DNA of 57,058 nt from Lysobacteraceae bacterium (GCA_046590925.1 JBKJTC010000315.1:1-57058), one strand, 5' to 3'; numbered from the stretch's first letter, positions 28,923-39,417 are shown. Made by a program: numbers and translations. The notes: a model not told the origin generated them from the letters alone.

Positions 28923-30215
28923 TCACGTGGGCGGAAGGCCCGGCGCATCGTGCAGCGCGCCCGTCGCGTCCTTGACGGGATGCAGCTGTTCGAGCTGTTG
29001 CGCCGCCAGCGCATCGGTGGCTTCGCCGCGCAGCGCGCGCAGTGCGTTGCGGTAACTCAGCCGCGCCAGCGCGTCGTCGCCGGCCTGCGCGAAGCCGTGG
29101 CCAAGCTCCTCCCAGAGATGGGCTTGCGAGATATCGGCTTCCCAGGCTGCGGCGCCGCCGCCAGCGGCGATGGCGCGGTGCAGGGCCTGTTCGGCCAGCG
29201 GCCATTCGCCCTGCGCGCGTGCGATGCGCGCCAGCCCGAGCAGCGCGCCCGGGCTGTCCGGGTGCGACAGCCGCCAGCGTTCGGCGTGGGCGCGACGGCG
29301 GGCGAGTGCGGCGGCGTCGAGCCGTTCGACCGGCAGCGCGCCGTAGTGGGCGGCCAGCGCGTCGTCCCACTGCGCGTCGATTGCGGCTTCGAGGCTGCTG
29401 GCGGCGGCATCGTCCCAGCGCAGCGTCGCGGCGCGGTCGGCATACGCGCGGGCTACGGCGGGCACGGTGCGTAGGGCCGCCGGTAGCGCGTCCCAATGAC
29501 TGGCGAGGGCGTTGCCGTCGTCGGCTTCGTTCAGCATGCGCGCCGCCCACAGACGTTCGCGTTCGGCGCATTGCGATGCCGTCAGCGCCTGCTGCTGGCG
29601 CAACGCGCCGAGCATGCCGTAGGCCTCCGCGCTGCGGCCGTGCGCGGCCAGCGCATCGGCGCGCAGGGCGAGCGCGCGCGGCGGCAGCGCCCGATCGGCG
29701 ACGGCATCCAACGCGGCGGTAGCGTCCGCGGCGCGGCCTTCGGCCAGGGCCGCATCGGCGAGCACCAGCGCGCGCAGCGGCGCATGCTGCGTCGGCAGGG
29801 CGTCCAGATGCGCGGTCGCGGCGACGGCATCGCCGCGGGCCAGTGCGGCCTGCGCCGCCGCCACCCGCGCCGGCGCTTCGAAGCGCGGGTTCTGCGCCGA
29901 TTTCGACAGCAGTTTTTCTGCCTGCGCATACCGGCCCTGATGCAGGGCCTCGAAGCCGTCGCCCAGCCGCGCGCGCGCATTGCGTTCGCGCCGCTGCCGC
30001 CACAGTTTGAGCGGCAGCGCGACCAGTTTCCACAGCAGCCACAGCGCGAACAGCGCGGTGCCGAGCATCAGCAGGCCGCCGACCAGCGTGGATTCGACGG
30101 TGGTGCCGAGATAGCGCACCAGCACGAAGCCGGGATCCTGCACCAGCACCTGCGCGAGCAGCGCGCCGGCCAGCGCGAGCAGCAGCCAGAACAGCAGGTT
30201 GCGGAAGAGGTTCAT
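28923..30215 (-). CDS. hemY: HemY-like TPR membrane protein
   Basis: DPGFVLVRYLG, two N-terminal TMs, TPR-like helices; follows hemD-hemX. Confidence 0.85.
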   Translation of the reverse strand: MNLFRNLLFWLLLALAGALLAQVLVQDPGFVLVRYLGTTVESTLVGGLLMLGTALFALWLLWKLVALPLKLWRQRRERNARARLGDGFEALHQGRYAQAEKLLSKSAQNPRFEAPARVAAAQAALARGDAVAATAHLDALPTQHAPLRALVLADAALAEGRAADATAALDAVADRALPPRALALRADALAAHGRSAEAYGMLGALRQQQALTASQCAERERLWAARMLNEADDGNALASHWDALPAALRTVPAVARAYADRAATLRWDDAAASSLEAAIDAQWDDALAAHYGALPVERLDAAALARRRAHAERWRLSHPDSPGALLGLARIARAQGEWPLAEQALHRAIAAGGGAAAWEADISQAHLWEELGHGFAQAGDDALARLSYRNALRALRGEATDALAAQQLEQLHPVKDATGALHDAPGLPPT

Positions 30216-30270
30216 GCCGGTAAGGCCGCGTCGCGATGCGACGCATGCGATGGGTTTCCGGAATGCCGCA

Positions 30271-31272
30271 TCACGATCCCCGCTGCGCCCGTAGCTGTTC
30301 GAGCGTGCTGCCCAGCGTCGGAATGTCCAGCGCCAGCGTCGCGGCGCGCAGCGCGCGCAGTTCGTCGAGGGCGGCCTTGCGTTGCGGCGATGCCGGCCAC
30401 AGCCGCAGCACCCAGGCATCGGCGCGGGTCAGCGCGGCGCGCATCGCGACGGTGTCGCGGCGTTCGATCGCGGTGCGCGCCAGCGCGAGTTCCAGTTGCA
30501 GCGCGATGTCGCCGGCTTCGCGGTCTTCGCTGGCGATCGCGACCGGCGCGTCGTTGCGGCGCACGCTGACCAGCCGCGCCAGCACCCGATCCCACCACGG
30601 CGCGTTCGCGGCCGGCGCCAGCGCGCGTTTCAGAGCTGCGGGGTCGGGCAGTTTCGCGGCCAGCGCATCCAGGCGCTGCAGCGCGACGCGGCGCGGATCG
30701 GCGTCCAGCGCTTCCAGCGCGGCGCGCTCCTGCGCCAGCGCCTGGCGCAGATTCAGCGCGCCCGGGCTGTCGATGCCGTCCAGCACGCCGGCGGCGAGCG
30801 CGTAGGCGTGGCGCGCGCCCTCCAGATCGGCCGCCAGTTGCAGACGCTGCTGACCGAGAGTGAGCAGCAGTTCGGCTTCGTCCAGGCGCAGCGCCTGCGC
30901 GCCGTGACGGTTGGCGTCGGCCAGTTTGGCGACGTTGCCTTCCAGCAGGGTCGCGCGCTGGCCCATGCCCAACAGTTCGTCGCGCAGCACGCGGTTGGTG
31001 GCGTCGGCCTGTTGCAGGCGCTGGCTGTGGCCGCGCACGTCGCCGCGCAGGCGGTCGAGGCGCGCTTCCAGTGCCTGCACCCGCAGTTCGGCTTCGATCC
31101 CGGCGGCGCGCTCGCGTTCCGTGCGCTGGTGATCGCTGTACCAGAGCCAGCCGCCGGTCGCGGCGAACGCCAGCAATACGGCCAGCCACGCCCCGCCGCT
31201 GCGCCGGACGGGGCGCTGCGTGGGCGTGGGTGCGGATTCGCCGGTGATGGCGGGCGTGGCGCTTTCGGTCAT
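30271..31272 (-). CDS. hemX: HemX-like membrane protein
   Basis: TM, coiled coil, LDEAELLLTLGQQRLQL, LRQALAQE; between hemD and hemY; start uncertain (31272-31314). Confidence 0.83.
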   Translation of the reverse strand: MTESATPAITGESAPTPTQRPVRRSGGAWLAVLLAFAATGGWLWYSDHQRTERERAAGIEAELRVQALEARLDRLRGDVRGHSQRLQQADATNRVLRDELLGMGQRATLLEGNVAKLADANRHGAQALRLDEAELLLTLGQQRLQLAADLEGARHAYALAAGVLDGIDSPGALNLRQALAQERAALEALDADPRRVALQRLDALAAKLPDPAALKRALAPAANAPWWDRVLARLVSVRRNDAPVAIASEDREAGDIALQLELALARTAIERRDTVAMRAALTRADAWVLRLWPASPQRKAALDELRALRAATLALDIPTLGSTLEQLRAQRGS

Positions 31273-31379
31273 GGTGGGGGTGGCCGGCGGCATCGGGTGC
31301 GGCATGCGCGTCATGGTAGCCGGGATGTCGGCCGGATGTAGCTGCTGCGATGGCGCGCGATGATGAATGCAGCGTCGCG

Positions 31380-32168
31380 TCAGCTGTTCGTGAACACGGC
31401 CGCGAGCAATTGCGCCGGTCGCGGCCCGGCGGCGACGCGCACATCGGTGCAGCCGGCTTCGTGGGCGAGCGCGGCCAGGCGTTCGCTGGCCGCGAGTACG
31501 GTCGCGCCGCGCAGACGCGTGGCGATATCGACGGGGGCGGTGGTCAGCATTGCGCTCAATGCCTCGCCGCTGCTCACCGGCAGCAACAGCGGGCCGGCGA
31601 ACGCGCGCAGTCGGGCGATCGATGCCGGCGACAGCGCGATGCGTTCGCGAACATAGACATCGGCGCGACGCACCCGTGCGCCGCGCGCCTGCAGCTCCGG
31701 GCCGATCCGGTTGCGGCCGCCGGGCGCAGTGATCAGGCCGATGTCGAGGCCGCGCACATCGCGCAGTGCCGGCAGCGCCAGCAGACCTTCGCTGTCCATG
31801 CGCATGGGTACGCACACTTCATCGATGTCCATACGCCGAAGTGTAGTGGCGGTGCCGCCGCCGATCGCGTAAAACACCTGCCCGCGCCGTGCCCGCAGCG
31901 GCGCCAGCATGGCTGCGGCGCGGGCCGCCGCGGGGCTGGTGACGATCACGATGCCTGCCGTCAGCGCTGCGTGCAGCGCGACGCGGGTCACGGGGTCGTC
32001 GCGTGCCGCGATCCGCCACGGCGACAGCGCGACGACGCGCAGGCCGTATGCGGCCGCGGCGCGACGCATCGCGGTGTGATCGTTCGCGGGCCGCAACGAA
32101 ACCACAATGGGCGCCGTGTCGTCTTCGCGCCGCTCGCTGCGGGGTGTCGTCGGGCCGGTTTTACGCAT
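31380..32168 (-). CDS. hemD: Uroporphyrinogen-III synthase
   Basis: VVSLRP, VTSPAA, AIGGGTA, DSEGLLALP, GGRN, VYVR, SSGEAL, ASERLA. Confidence 0.88.
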   Translation of the reverse strand: MRKTGPTTPRSERREDDTAPIVVSLRPANDHTAMRRAAAAYGLRVVALSPWRIAARDDPVTRVALHAALTAGIVIVTSPAAARAAAMLAPLRARRGQVFYAIGGGTATTLRRMDIDEVCVPMRMDSEGLLALPALRDVRGLDIGLITAPGGRNRIGPELQARGARVRRADVYVRERIALSPASIARLRAFAGPLLLPVSSGEALSAMLTTAPVDIATRLRGATVLAASERLAALAHEAGCTDVRVAAGPRPAQLLAAVFTNS

Positions 32169-32265
32169 CTGCCCAGCTTGGCTATTCGTATCTTGACCCG
32201 CAAGCCGGTTTCACGTCAGAGATGTCCGCAGCAGATAGGCCCCGACTTCCCCCCGAGCGTTGCCG

Positions 32266-32766
32266 ATGACCGAAATGTTCCCCTGCACTCGTCCGCCCGC
32301 CGCCGGTGCGATCCGACTGTCGCCCCGGCGGGCGCTGGAAGCCGAATTGATGGCGATGCCGCCGGTGGTGGCGATGGGGCTGCGCATCGTCGAAGCCACC
32401 GGCGAACGCCTGCGCCTGCATGCGCCGCTGGCGCCCAACATCAACGACAAGGGCTGCGCCTTCGGCGGCAGTCTCACCTCGCTGATGACGCTCGCCGGCT
32501 GGAGCCTGATCACCCTGCGGCTGGCCGAAGCCGGGATCGAAGCCGATGTCTTCGTCGCCGACAGCGAAATCCGCTACCGCGCACCGCTGTACGCGGACCT
32601 GGAAGCCACCGCCGCGCTGGTCGACGGCGAATCCTGGCAGGTCTTCCTCGACACCTTGCGCAGCCGCGGACGGGCCCGGCTGGGGGTGCTGGCGGAGGTT
32701 GCGTTACCTGAAGGCGGCGTAGCGACCGAGTGCAGGTCGCGTTACGCGGTCAAGCTGAGGGGGTAG
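32266..32766 (+). CDS. YiiD C-terminal-like hot-dog thioesterase protein
   Basis: APLAPNINDKGCAFGGSLTSLMTLAGW motif. Confidence 0.85.
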   Translation: MTEMFPCTRPPAAGAIRLSPRRALEAELMAMPPVVAMGLRIVEATGERLRLHAPLAPNINDKGCAFGGSLTSLMTLAGWSLITLRLAEAGIEADVFVADSEIRYRAPLYADLEATAALVDGESWQVFLDTLRSRGRARLGVLAEVALPEGGVATECRSRYAVKLRG

Positions 32767-32767
32767 G

Positions 32768-33259
32768 ATGCCGGCTGTTGCCGCAGAATGCCCCGGAGCC
32801 ACGATGCAAACCCCCGTTCCGACGCGTGCCCCGACCCACACCCGAATCCGTACGATCGCGACACTGCTGATCGTCCTGCTGCTGGCGTCCATGGCCGGCG
32901 CGGCGATGGCGGGCAAGAAGGAAGCCCTTCTCGAAAAGAACAAGTACGCCTATTCCGCGGCGATCCGCTGGGGCGATTTCGAGGGCGCCTGGACCATGGT
33001 CGCTCCCAAGCTCCGCAAGGACAAACCGATGAGCGCGGCCGAGTTCTCGCGCTACGAGCAGATCCAGATCTCCGGTTATCGCGATCTGGCCAGCATGCCC
33101 GGCGAGGACGGCAGCGAGATGCGCGAGGTCCAGATCGACGTGATCAACCGCAACACCATGCAGCAGCGCAGGCTCCGCTACACCGAGGTCTGGCGCTACG
33201 ACCCCGAAGCCAAGAACTGGTGGATCGACAGCTTGCCGGACTTCTGGCAAGGCCAGTGA
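32768..33259 (+). CDS. Conserved exported hypothetical protein
   Basis: Signal/TM segment, YSAAIRWGDFEGAW, EVWRYD; start may be 32804. Confidence 0.75.
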   Translation: MPAVAAECPGATMQTPVPTRAPTHTRIRTIATLLIVLLLASMAGAAMAGKKEALLEKNKYAYSAAIRWGDFEGAWTMVAPKLRKDKPMSAAEFSRYEQIQISGYRDLASMPGEDGSEMREVQIDVINRNTMQQRRLRYTEVWRYDPEAKNWWIDSLPDFWQGQ

Positions 33260-33379
33260 ACGTCCAGGGTCGATGAGCGCCCCGGCTTCCCGCCCGGGCG
33301 GGATTTTGCCAGCAGGCCCGCGGCAGGCGACAATTCCGCCGCTGCGCGCGCTTCCCGCGCCATTCGGACCCGTTCCCCC

Positions 33380-33817
33380 GTGAATTTCGAAGAACTGTCG
33401 GCCTTCGCCGGCCGCAACCCGGTCTACAGCCTCGCGCTGGTCGGCCTGACCGCCGCCATCATCGGCAACGAGCTGTCGCGCTTTTTCCGCGGATACAAAT
33501 CGCTGCGCCCGGCGGAAGTGACCGCCCTCATCAACCAGGACAACGCCCTGGTGGTGGATCTGCGCCCCACCGCCGATTTCCAGAAAGGCCACATCGCCGG
33601 CTCCAAGAACGTGCTGATGGCCCAGTTCGACCCCGAGAGCAAGCAGTTGGCCCCGGCCAAGGCCCTGCCGATCGTGCTGGTCTGCCAAAGCGGCAACACG
33701 GTCGCCGCCGCCGCAAAACGCCTGAAGCAGGCGGGTTTCGAGCGCGTCCACATCCTCGACGGCGGCATCGCCGCCTGGCAACAGGCGGAACTGCCGCTGA
33801 TCAAGGGCAAGCACTGA
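33380..33817 (+). CDS. Rhodanese-like domain protein (YibN-like)
   Basis: TM, VVDLR..FQKGHIAGS, LVCQSG, LDGGIAAW; upstream of secB. Confidence 0.9.
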   Translation: MNFEELSAFAGRNPVYSLALVGLTAAIIGNELSRFFRGYKSLRPAEVTALINQDNALVVDLRPTADFQKGHIAGSKNVLMAQFDPESKQLAPAKALPIVLVCQSGNTVAAAAKRLKQAGFERVHILDGGIAAWQQAELPLIKGKH

Positions 33818-34035
33818 GCCTTCGTCGACATGATCGGGCGGTGCGATCGGGCCGCCCCCGATTGGAGCCGCCCCGCGTGCCTTGCGGAAGCTGCGCCTTG
33901 TAAAAGCGAACGCCGGCTCCCAGATCAGATGGCCCGTGGCGACATGGGTGGGCACCGTCTTCCCGACGGCGCTTGCCCCGCGCGTCGCCATGCGATAATC
34001 GCCCTCTTTTCCGCTTTCCCTTCAGGAGCTCTGCC

Positions 34036-34536
34036 ATGTCCGAACCCGTCGCCAACGGCGCCGCAGCCGAAGCCAACGGCCCGACCTTCTCGGTCGAGAA
34101 GATCTATGTCAAGGATGTCTCGTTCGAGGCTCCCGGTGTGCCGCAGGTGTTCAACGAGCAGGGCCAGCCGGCGCTGGAGATGAACCTGAATCAGCGCGTC
34201 CAGCGCGTCGCCGACAACCTGTTCGAAGTGGAACTGGGCGTGACCCTGACCTGCAAGCTCGTCGACAAGACCGTGTATCTGGTGGAAGTGCGTCAGGCCG
34301 GCCTGTTCGGTCTCGGCGGTTTCGACGACCAGACCCTCGACGCGATGCTGGGCGTGCATTGCCCGAACATCCTGTATCCGTATGCCCGCCAGACCGTCAG
34401 CGACCTGATCACGGCCGGCGGCTTCCCGCCGTTCCTGCTGCAGCCGATCAATTTCGAAGGTCTGTACGCTGAAGGCCTGCGCCAGCGCGCCGAGCAGGGC
34501 ACCCTGGCCGGTGCCGAGACCGCCGGCAACGCCTGA
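34036..34536 (+). CDS. secB: Protein-export chaperone SecB
   Basis: [44 protein letters not shown]; AGGAG RBS. Confidence 0.96.
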   Translation: MSEPVANGAAAEANGPTFSVEKIYVKDVSFEAPGVPQVFNEQGQPALEMNLNQRVQRVADNLFEVELGVTLTCKLVDKTVYLVEVRQAGLFGLGGFDDQTLDAMLGVHCPNILYPYARQTVSDLITAGGFPPFLLQPINFEGLYAEGLRQRAEQGTLAGAETAGNA

Positions 34537-34569
34537 CCCGTCGCCCGTTTCGTGACGCTGGATTCGAGC

Positions 34570-35619
34570 ATGTCGTCCGATCATCCGGACACCGTTGCCG
34601 CGAAACCCGCCGTAGCCGTCCTCGGCGCCGGCTCCTGGGGTACGGCTCTGGCGGCGCTGATTGCCCGCCACGGCCACTCCACGGTCCTGTGGGGCCGCGA
34701 CGCCGCGACGATCGCGGCGATCGACGGCCGCCACGAAAATCCCCGGTATCTGCCGGGGATTCCGCTTCCCGACACGCTGCGCGCCACCACCGACCTCGCC
34801 ATCGCCATGGCCTGCTGCGATCTGGTCCTGGTGGTCGTGCCCTCGCACGCGTTTGCCGAAACCTTGCGTCTACTGGCGCCGCTGCGCCCGGCGCATGCCG
34901 GCGTGGCCTGGGCGACCAAAGGCTTCGAGCCCGGTTCCGGCCGTTTCCTGCATGAAGTCGCCGATGAACTGCTGCCGCCGGGCGTCCCGCTGGCGGTGGT
35001 CACCGGCCCGTCGTTCGCCAAGGAAGTCGCCGCCGGCCTGCCGACCGCGCTCACGGTGCATTCGGATACCCCGAACTTCGCCCAGCAGGTCGCCGACGCC
35101 CTGCACGGGCCCGCATTCCGCGCCTACACCGGCGAGGACATGCTCGGTGCCGAACTTGGCGGCGCGATGAAGAACGTGCTGGCGGTCGCCACCGGCGTCG
35201 CCGATGGCATGAATCTGGGCCTCAACGCCCGCGCGGGCCTGATCACCCGCGGCCTCAACGAAATGCTGCGCCTCAATCTCGCCATCGGCGGCAAGGCCGA
35301 GACCCTGATGGGCTTGGCCGGCCTCGGCGATCTGGTGTTGACCTGCACCGGCGACCTGTCGCGCAACCGTCGCCTCGGCCTTGCGCTGGGACGCGGGCAG
35401 TCGATCGAGGACGCGGTCCGCGAGATCGGTCAGGTGGTCGAATCGATCCAGACCGCGGAAGAAGTGATGCGCCAGGCCGGCCGCCACGGCATCGAGCTGC
35501 CGATTTCCAGCAACGTTCGCGATGTGCTGAAAGGCGACATCACGCCGTCCGAAGGCTTGAAGCGGCTGATGTCTCGGGAGCAGAAGCCGGAATATCCCGA
35601 AGGTCTGTTCGGGGATTGA
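34570..35619 (+). CDS. gpsA: NAD(P)H-dependent glycerol-3-phosphate dehydrogenase
   Basis: [49 protein letters not shown]. Confidence 0.96.
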   Translation: MSSDHPDTVAAKPAVAVLGAGSWGTALAALIARHGHSTVLWGRDAATIAAIDGRHENPRYLPGIPLPDTLRATTDLAIAMACCDLVLVVVPSHAFAETLRLLAPLRPAHAGVAWATKGFEPGSGRFLHEVADELLPPGVPLAVVTGPSFAKEVAAGLPTALTVHSDTPNFAQQVADALHGPAFRAYTGEDMLGAELGGAMKNVLAVATGVADGMNLGLNARAGLITRGLNEMLRLNLAIGGKAETLMGLAGLGDLVLTCTGDLSRNRRLGLALGRGQSIEDAVREIGQVVESIQTAEEVMRQAGRHGIELPISSNVRDVLKGDITPSEGLKRLMSREQKPEYPEGLFGD

Positions 35620-35644
35620 AGGCTTTCATGATCGCGATAAAGCA

Positions 35645-35835
35645 AAAGCCCGGCGATGCCGCAATGCCGGTCAGTCAAGCCATATCTGCCGTCCGTAGAG
35701 CGGCCTTCAGGCCGCTGAAGCTTTTGCCGCTAGCGATCAGCGGCCTGAAGGCCGCTCTACAAAAACAGAATCCCGCGAATACAAAAAAGCCAGTCAGCGT
35801 TAACTGACTGGCATTAGGCGATGCCGGGCTTTTTT
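35645..35835. terminator. Bidirectional terminator between gpsA and the convergent OMP gene, split by a MITE insertion
   Basis: Removing 35662-35816 and one duplicated copy restores AAAAGCCCGGC-GAT-GCCGGGCTTTTTT. Confidence 0.7.
35662..35816. mobile_element. IS4-family-like MITE (155 bp) with nested REP doublet (35695-35760)
   Basis: Ends CAATGCCGGTCAGTCAAG / TTAACTGACTGGCATTA resemble IS4 termini; flanked by exact 10-bp direct repeat GGCGATGCCG (35652-35661, 35817-35826). Confidence 0.78.
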
Positions 35836-35853
35836 ACATTCGACACGGATCGA

Positions 35854-36447
35854 TCAGAAACTGGCGCGAACGCCCAGCATGTACTGCGAGGTCACGTCGC
35901 CGGCTTCGACTTCGCCCACGATGCCCCAGGTTTCGTTGATCACGAACTGGGCGCCCAGCGTGCCGCTGAACTCGCCGTCGTAGTCGCTGCCGTCCACGTA
36001 GTTGGCCTTCACCCAACCTTCGAAGCTGTTGCCGAGCGCGCCGCGCAGGCCCACCGACAGACGGACGCCATCGATGTTTTCCTCGAGGCCGTCGGCATCC
36101 AGTTCGGTGTGCTGGAAACCGAGCTCGGCGATCAGATCGGCGTTGTCGAACACGGTATGGCGGTAGCCGATGCCCGCATGGATCTGCTGTGCATCGATAT
36201 CGACGGCGAAATCGTCGTTGCGCGACCAGGCGTAACCGCCGTAGAGGTAGATGTTGTCGCCCAGCTCGACCGAGGTGCGGATGCCCACGCCGTCGAAATC
36301 GAGGCTGTCGTTGCCGAGCGAGTCCAGATCCACGCTGACGCGCTGAACGCCGGCTTCGACATAGGTGAAACTGCCCAGACTGTCCCGGGCCGAGGCCGCG
36401 AACGGCAGGCAGGCCAGCACAAGTGCGGCCGCAAGTTGCTTCTTCAT
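35854..36447 (-). CDS. Ax21-like outer-membrane beta-barrel protein
   Basis: Signal peptide, SFTYVEAG, alternating beta pattern, terminal Phe (GVRASF). Confidence 0.85.
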   Translation of the reverse strand: MKKQLAAALVLACLPFAASARDSLGSFTYVEAGVQRVSVDLDSLGNDSLDFDGVGIRTSVELGDNIYLYGGYAWSRNDDFAVDIDAQQIHAGIGYRHTVFDNADLIAELGFQHTELDADGLEENIDGVRLSVGLRGALGNSFEGWVKANYVDGSDYDGEFSGTLGAQFVINETWGIVGEVEAGDVTSQYMLGVRASF

Positions 36448-36546
36448 GAATCTCCCCATTGACCGGTGAACGCTGTTGATGTCCTGTCCGCGTCGGACGC
36501 GGCCTACCAGTTTACCCAAGCCCGGGCCGGTTTTGCGCCGCCCCAC

Positions 36547-36572
36547 AAGAAAGCCCGGCGATTGCCGGGCTT
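36547..36572 (-). terminator. Rho-independent terminator after the ax21-like gene
   Basis: Minus strand AAGCCCGGC-AATC-GCCGGGCTTTCTT. Confidence 0.7.
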
Positions 36573-36676
36573 CCAGGTCGCGACACGGAGGGGAGGCCGC
36601 TCGCGAATGGGCGTATTCAGGGGCTTACGCCGGCCCTGCACGGGTGAAGCAATGCGAATAGAGGTGCGTGCCGCGC

Positions 36677-37228
36677 TTACCAGCTGAGGCGCGGACCGAC
36701 GAACCACTGGGTGTCGCCGTCGGCGAACTTGACGTCGCCGCTCAGGCCCCAGTTCTGGTTGAACTTCACCTGGGCGCCGACGCGGCCGTAGAAGTCGCCG
36801 TCGAACTGCTCGTAGTCCTCGTAGCCGGCCATGGCATAGCCTTCGAAATTGCTGCCGAAGGCGCCGCGCACGCCGACTTCGGCGCTGTAGCCGTCGAACT
36901 CGAAACCGCTGCCGGCGTCGAGCTTCTCATACGCGACGCGCGTGACAAGGTCGGCCTTGTCGTTGATGCCGTAGTTGTAGCCAACGCCAAGCTTCCACTC
37001 GTCGATGTCGATACTGGTGTCGTCGATTTCCTGCTGGTTGTAGCCGCCGAACAGGTGGAAGTTCGGATGCACCGCCACCGAGCCGTCGATACCGAAGCCG
37101 TCGGCGTCGCCATCGCCGTTGGTGGCGACATAACCGCCCTGGACATAATTGTAGGAAACGCCTTCGGCCGCGGAGGCGGCGAACGGAAGGGCGGCCAACA
37201 GGGTCAGGGCAAGGAGAGAGCGCTTCAT
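36677..37228 (-). CDS. ax21: Ax21-family outer-membrane protein
   Basis: MKRSLLALTLLAALPFAASAAEGVSYNYVQGGY...QWFVGPRLSW, typical Ax21/Omp1X ends. Confidence 0.88.
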   Translation of the reverse strand: MKRSLLALTLLAALPFAASAAEGVSYNYVQGGYVATNGDGDADGFGIDGSVAVHPNFHLFGGYNQQEIDDTSIDIDEWKLGVGYNYGINDKADLVTRVAYEKLDAGSGFEFDGYSAEVGVRGAFGSNFEGYAMAGYEDYEQFDGDFYGRVGAQVKFNQNWGLSGDVKFADGDTQWFVGPRLSW

Positions 37229-37443
37229 GGGTTGACCTCTTGATTTTGATTGTTATTGGACCGAAGGCGGGCCGGGAGAGAGTACGGATCCCGCTTCGGT
37301 GAAGGGCATTCTCAGGATTGCCGCAAAACAAAACCTTAATATTGAACTGGTGAGTTCGGGAACTTTCGCGAAGTGTTCAGGTGAGGGCGTCGATCCGACG
37401 TCTGCGATCCCACCGTTGCCTGTCCATGCGTGAGCGCGCGGTT

Positions 37444-38400
37444 TCATGCCCATCGCTTGCGCGACGCCAGCCACCAGGTGGCTGCGGACAGCACGATCAT
37501 GGCCGCGAGGGTGATCCAGAACCCAATTTCAGACCCGAAGAATGCCATCTCGAAGTTCATGCCCAGCACGCCGGTCGTAACCGCCAGCGTGCCGATGAGG
37601 ACCGTCAGGAAGGTGAGCGTGCGCATCGTGCGGTTGGTATCGAGCGCGGTGCGGCTGCTGAACAATTCGAAACAGTCCATGACCAGATCGCGGCTGTCTT
37701 CCACGACATCCATCGCGCGTTCGTATTTCCCGTCCAGCGCCGCGAAGTGCTTGCGCCGATCGCCCTCGTCGGCGGGGCTGGAGTCGGGCCTGGCCAGCGT
37801 GGAGAACACGACGCGATGCCGCGCGAGACGCTTGCGGAGCCGGGCGGTGGCGCGCAATAGCCGCCGGAGTTCGTCCGTACAATCCATCGGCTCGGGATCG
37901 AGGATGGTCTGGTCGAGTCGTTCGACATGGTCTTCGATTTCCGCGACCGCATCGAAGTACGTCGTGAGCAGGCGGTGCAGGATCGCCGCGACGAAACTGG
38001 CCGCATCAAGCCGGCCGAGCGCGGTGTCGCAATCGGGCATCGGCATGAGTGCTTTCGAGTCGATGGCGTTCGAACGCCGGATCGTGATCATGAGGTTCCG
38101 TCCGGCGACGATATCCAACGCAGAATCGCTGATCTGCACTGACGCATCGATGGACACGCTGGCCACGCTGATCCAGAAATGCTCCGTCGTATTGAGCACG
38201 GCAGGACGTTCATGCGGTTCGCGGGCAGCATTCGCCACAACGTCCGGAATTCCCAGACGCGCCTGGACGGCATCGAACGCTTCGACGTCTGCGCAATCGA
38301 TCCACAGGATCTGCGTCGCCTACAATCGCTCCACATCGATGTCGGACACGGCGACATCGGTGTGGTCGGTTCCGTTCGCATCGAACAGCACGACAGACAT
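37444..38400 (-). pseudogene. CorA-family divalent cation transporter interrupted by one in-frame TAG (38322-38320)
   Basis: MSVVLFDANG...VERL*ATQILWID... continues in frame into the 264-aa ORF containing TNRTMRTLT and GVLGMNF. Confidence 0.8.
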
Positions 38401-38447
38401 TTTCAGGCGCGCCATGCTGCCGACCTGTGTGCATTGGTGGGGCAGCA

Positions 38448-39053
38448 TCACATCATCTTGTCGCGTGCCTGCTCCGCCCGGGACGCGCCGATCGCGGTTT
38501 CGACCTTCTTGATCTCTTCCGGGGGCGGCAGAACGGCGGGCAGGCCCAGGCTCTGGATCCACAGTTCGCGGCACCAGCCCTTGGTGTGATAGTAGTGATG
38601 ATCCTCGTCCTGCTCGACCGCCTCATGCGCCGCCTTGAGCACCTTGGCGTGCGGGCCGCCCGCATCGGCGACGCGGCCGATCAATTCCCAGTTCTGATGA
38701 TCCTTGGTCTCGGCCAGTACCACGCACTCGGCGGCCACAAGTTCCGCTGCGGCCGGATCGGCGTTCGCCATCGCCATTTCGATGGCGGCGACCAGCGAAG
38801 CGCCGTGGTGAGCCACGACCTCGCGACCCGGGCTTGCGGCTTCGATGTCCAGACCCATCTCGGCGAACACATTCGTCAATACTTCTTCGTGCCGATGGGT
38901 TTCTTGCAGATATTCCTTCCACTCCTTGCGCAGGTCGTCGTTGACTGCGGCCTGGATGGCAGCGGTATAGATCTGGATGCCGCCGCGCTCGGTTTCCAGC
39001 GCCTGCAGGAGGAGTTCGGTGACTTGATCGTTGTCGGGTTTCGCGCGTGCCAT
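38448..39053 (-). CDS. Ferritin-like (di-iron four-helix bundle) protein
   Basis: QALETE, ETHRH, AETKDH, DEDHH acidic/His helices; AGGAAGG RBS. Confidence 0.8.
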   Translation of the reverse strand: MARAKPDNDQVTELLLQALETERGGIQIYTAAIQAAVNDDLRKEWKEYLQETHRHEEVLTNVFAEMGLDIEAASPGREVVAHHGASLVAAIEMAMANADPAAAELVAAECVVLAETKDHQNWELIGRVADAGGPHAKVLKAAHEAVEQDEDHHYYHTKGWCRELWIQSLGLPAVLPPPEEIKKVETAIGASRAEQARDKMM

Positions 39054-39165
39054 GGTGGCTGCCTTCCTATAGAGGGTGTATGTCGTACGTGTCCGAGTCA
39101 ATGAAGATCGAACGCCGGGCAGTGAGCCGCACGCCCCGTATGACGGGCGCGCGCGGCATCGGGCA

Positions 39166-39351
39166 TCAACGGCCCTGATTCTGCCGGCCGCTCTGGTTCT
39201 GACGACCCTGCTGGTTGTCGTCCTGCGGCTTCTGGCCATCCTGCTGACGGGTGTTCTGCTGGTCGTCCGTCTGGCGCTGGTCGTCTTTCTGATTCTGATT
39301 CTGGTTCTGATTCTGGCCGTTGTCGTTCGGCGTTGTCTGATTCTGCGTCAT
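39166..39351 (-). CDS. 61-aa Gln/Asn/Asp-rich disordered protein
   Basis: QNQNQNQNQ repeats; GAAGAG RBS; directly downstream of a consensus sigma54 promoter. Confidence 0.7.
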   Translation of the reverse strand: MTQNQTTPNDNGQNQNQNQNQKDDQRQTDDQQNTRQQDGQKPQDDNQQGRQNQSGRQNQGR

Positions 39352-39402
39352 GGCGATGTTCTCTTCGGGGGATACCGGCGGGGTGCCGGTCCTGAATAGT
39401 TC

Positions 39403-39417
39403 GCAAGCGCCGTGCCA
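39403..39417 (-). promoter_or_regulatory. Sigma54 (-24/-12) promoter
   Basis: Minus strand TGGCACGGCGCTTGC, an exact TGGCACG-N4-TTGC match, 51 bp upstream of the ATG at 39351. Confidence 0.8.

Noticed and set aside
28923-35619. hemD-hemX-hemY without hemC, and rhodanese-secB-gpsA without grxC
   Set aside because: To my knowledge the usual Xanthomonadales arrangement, not a novelty
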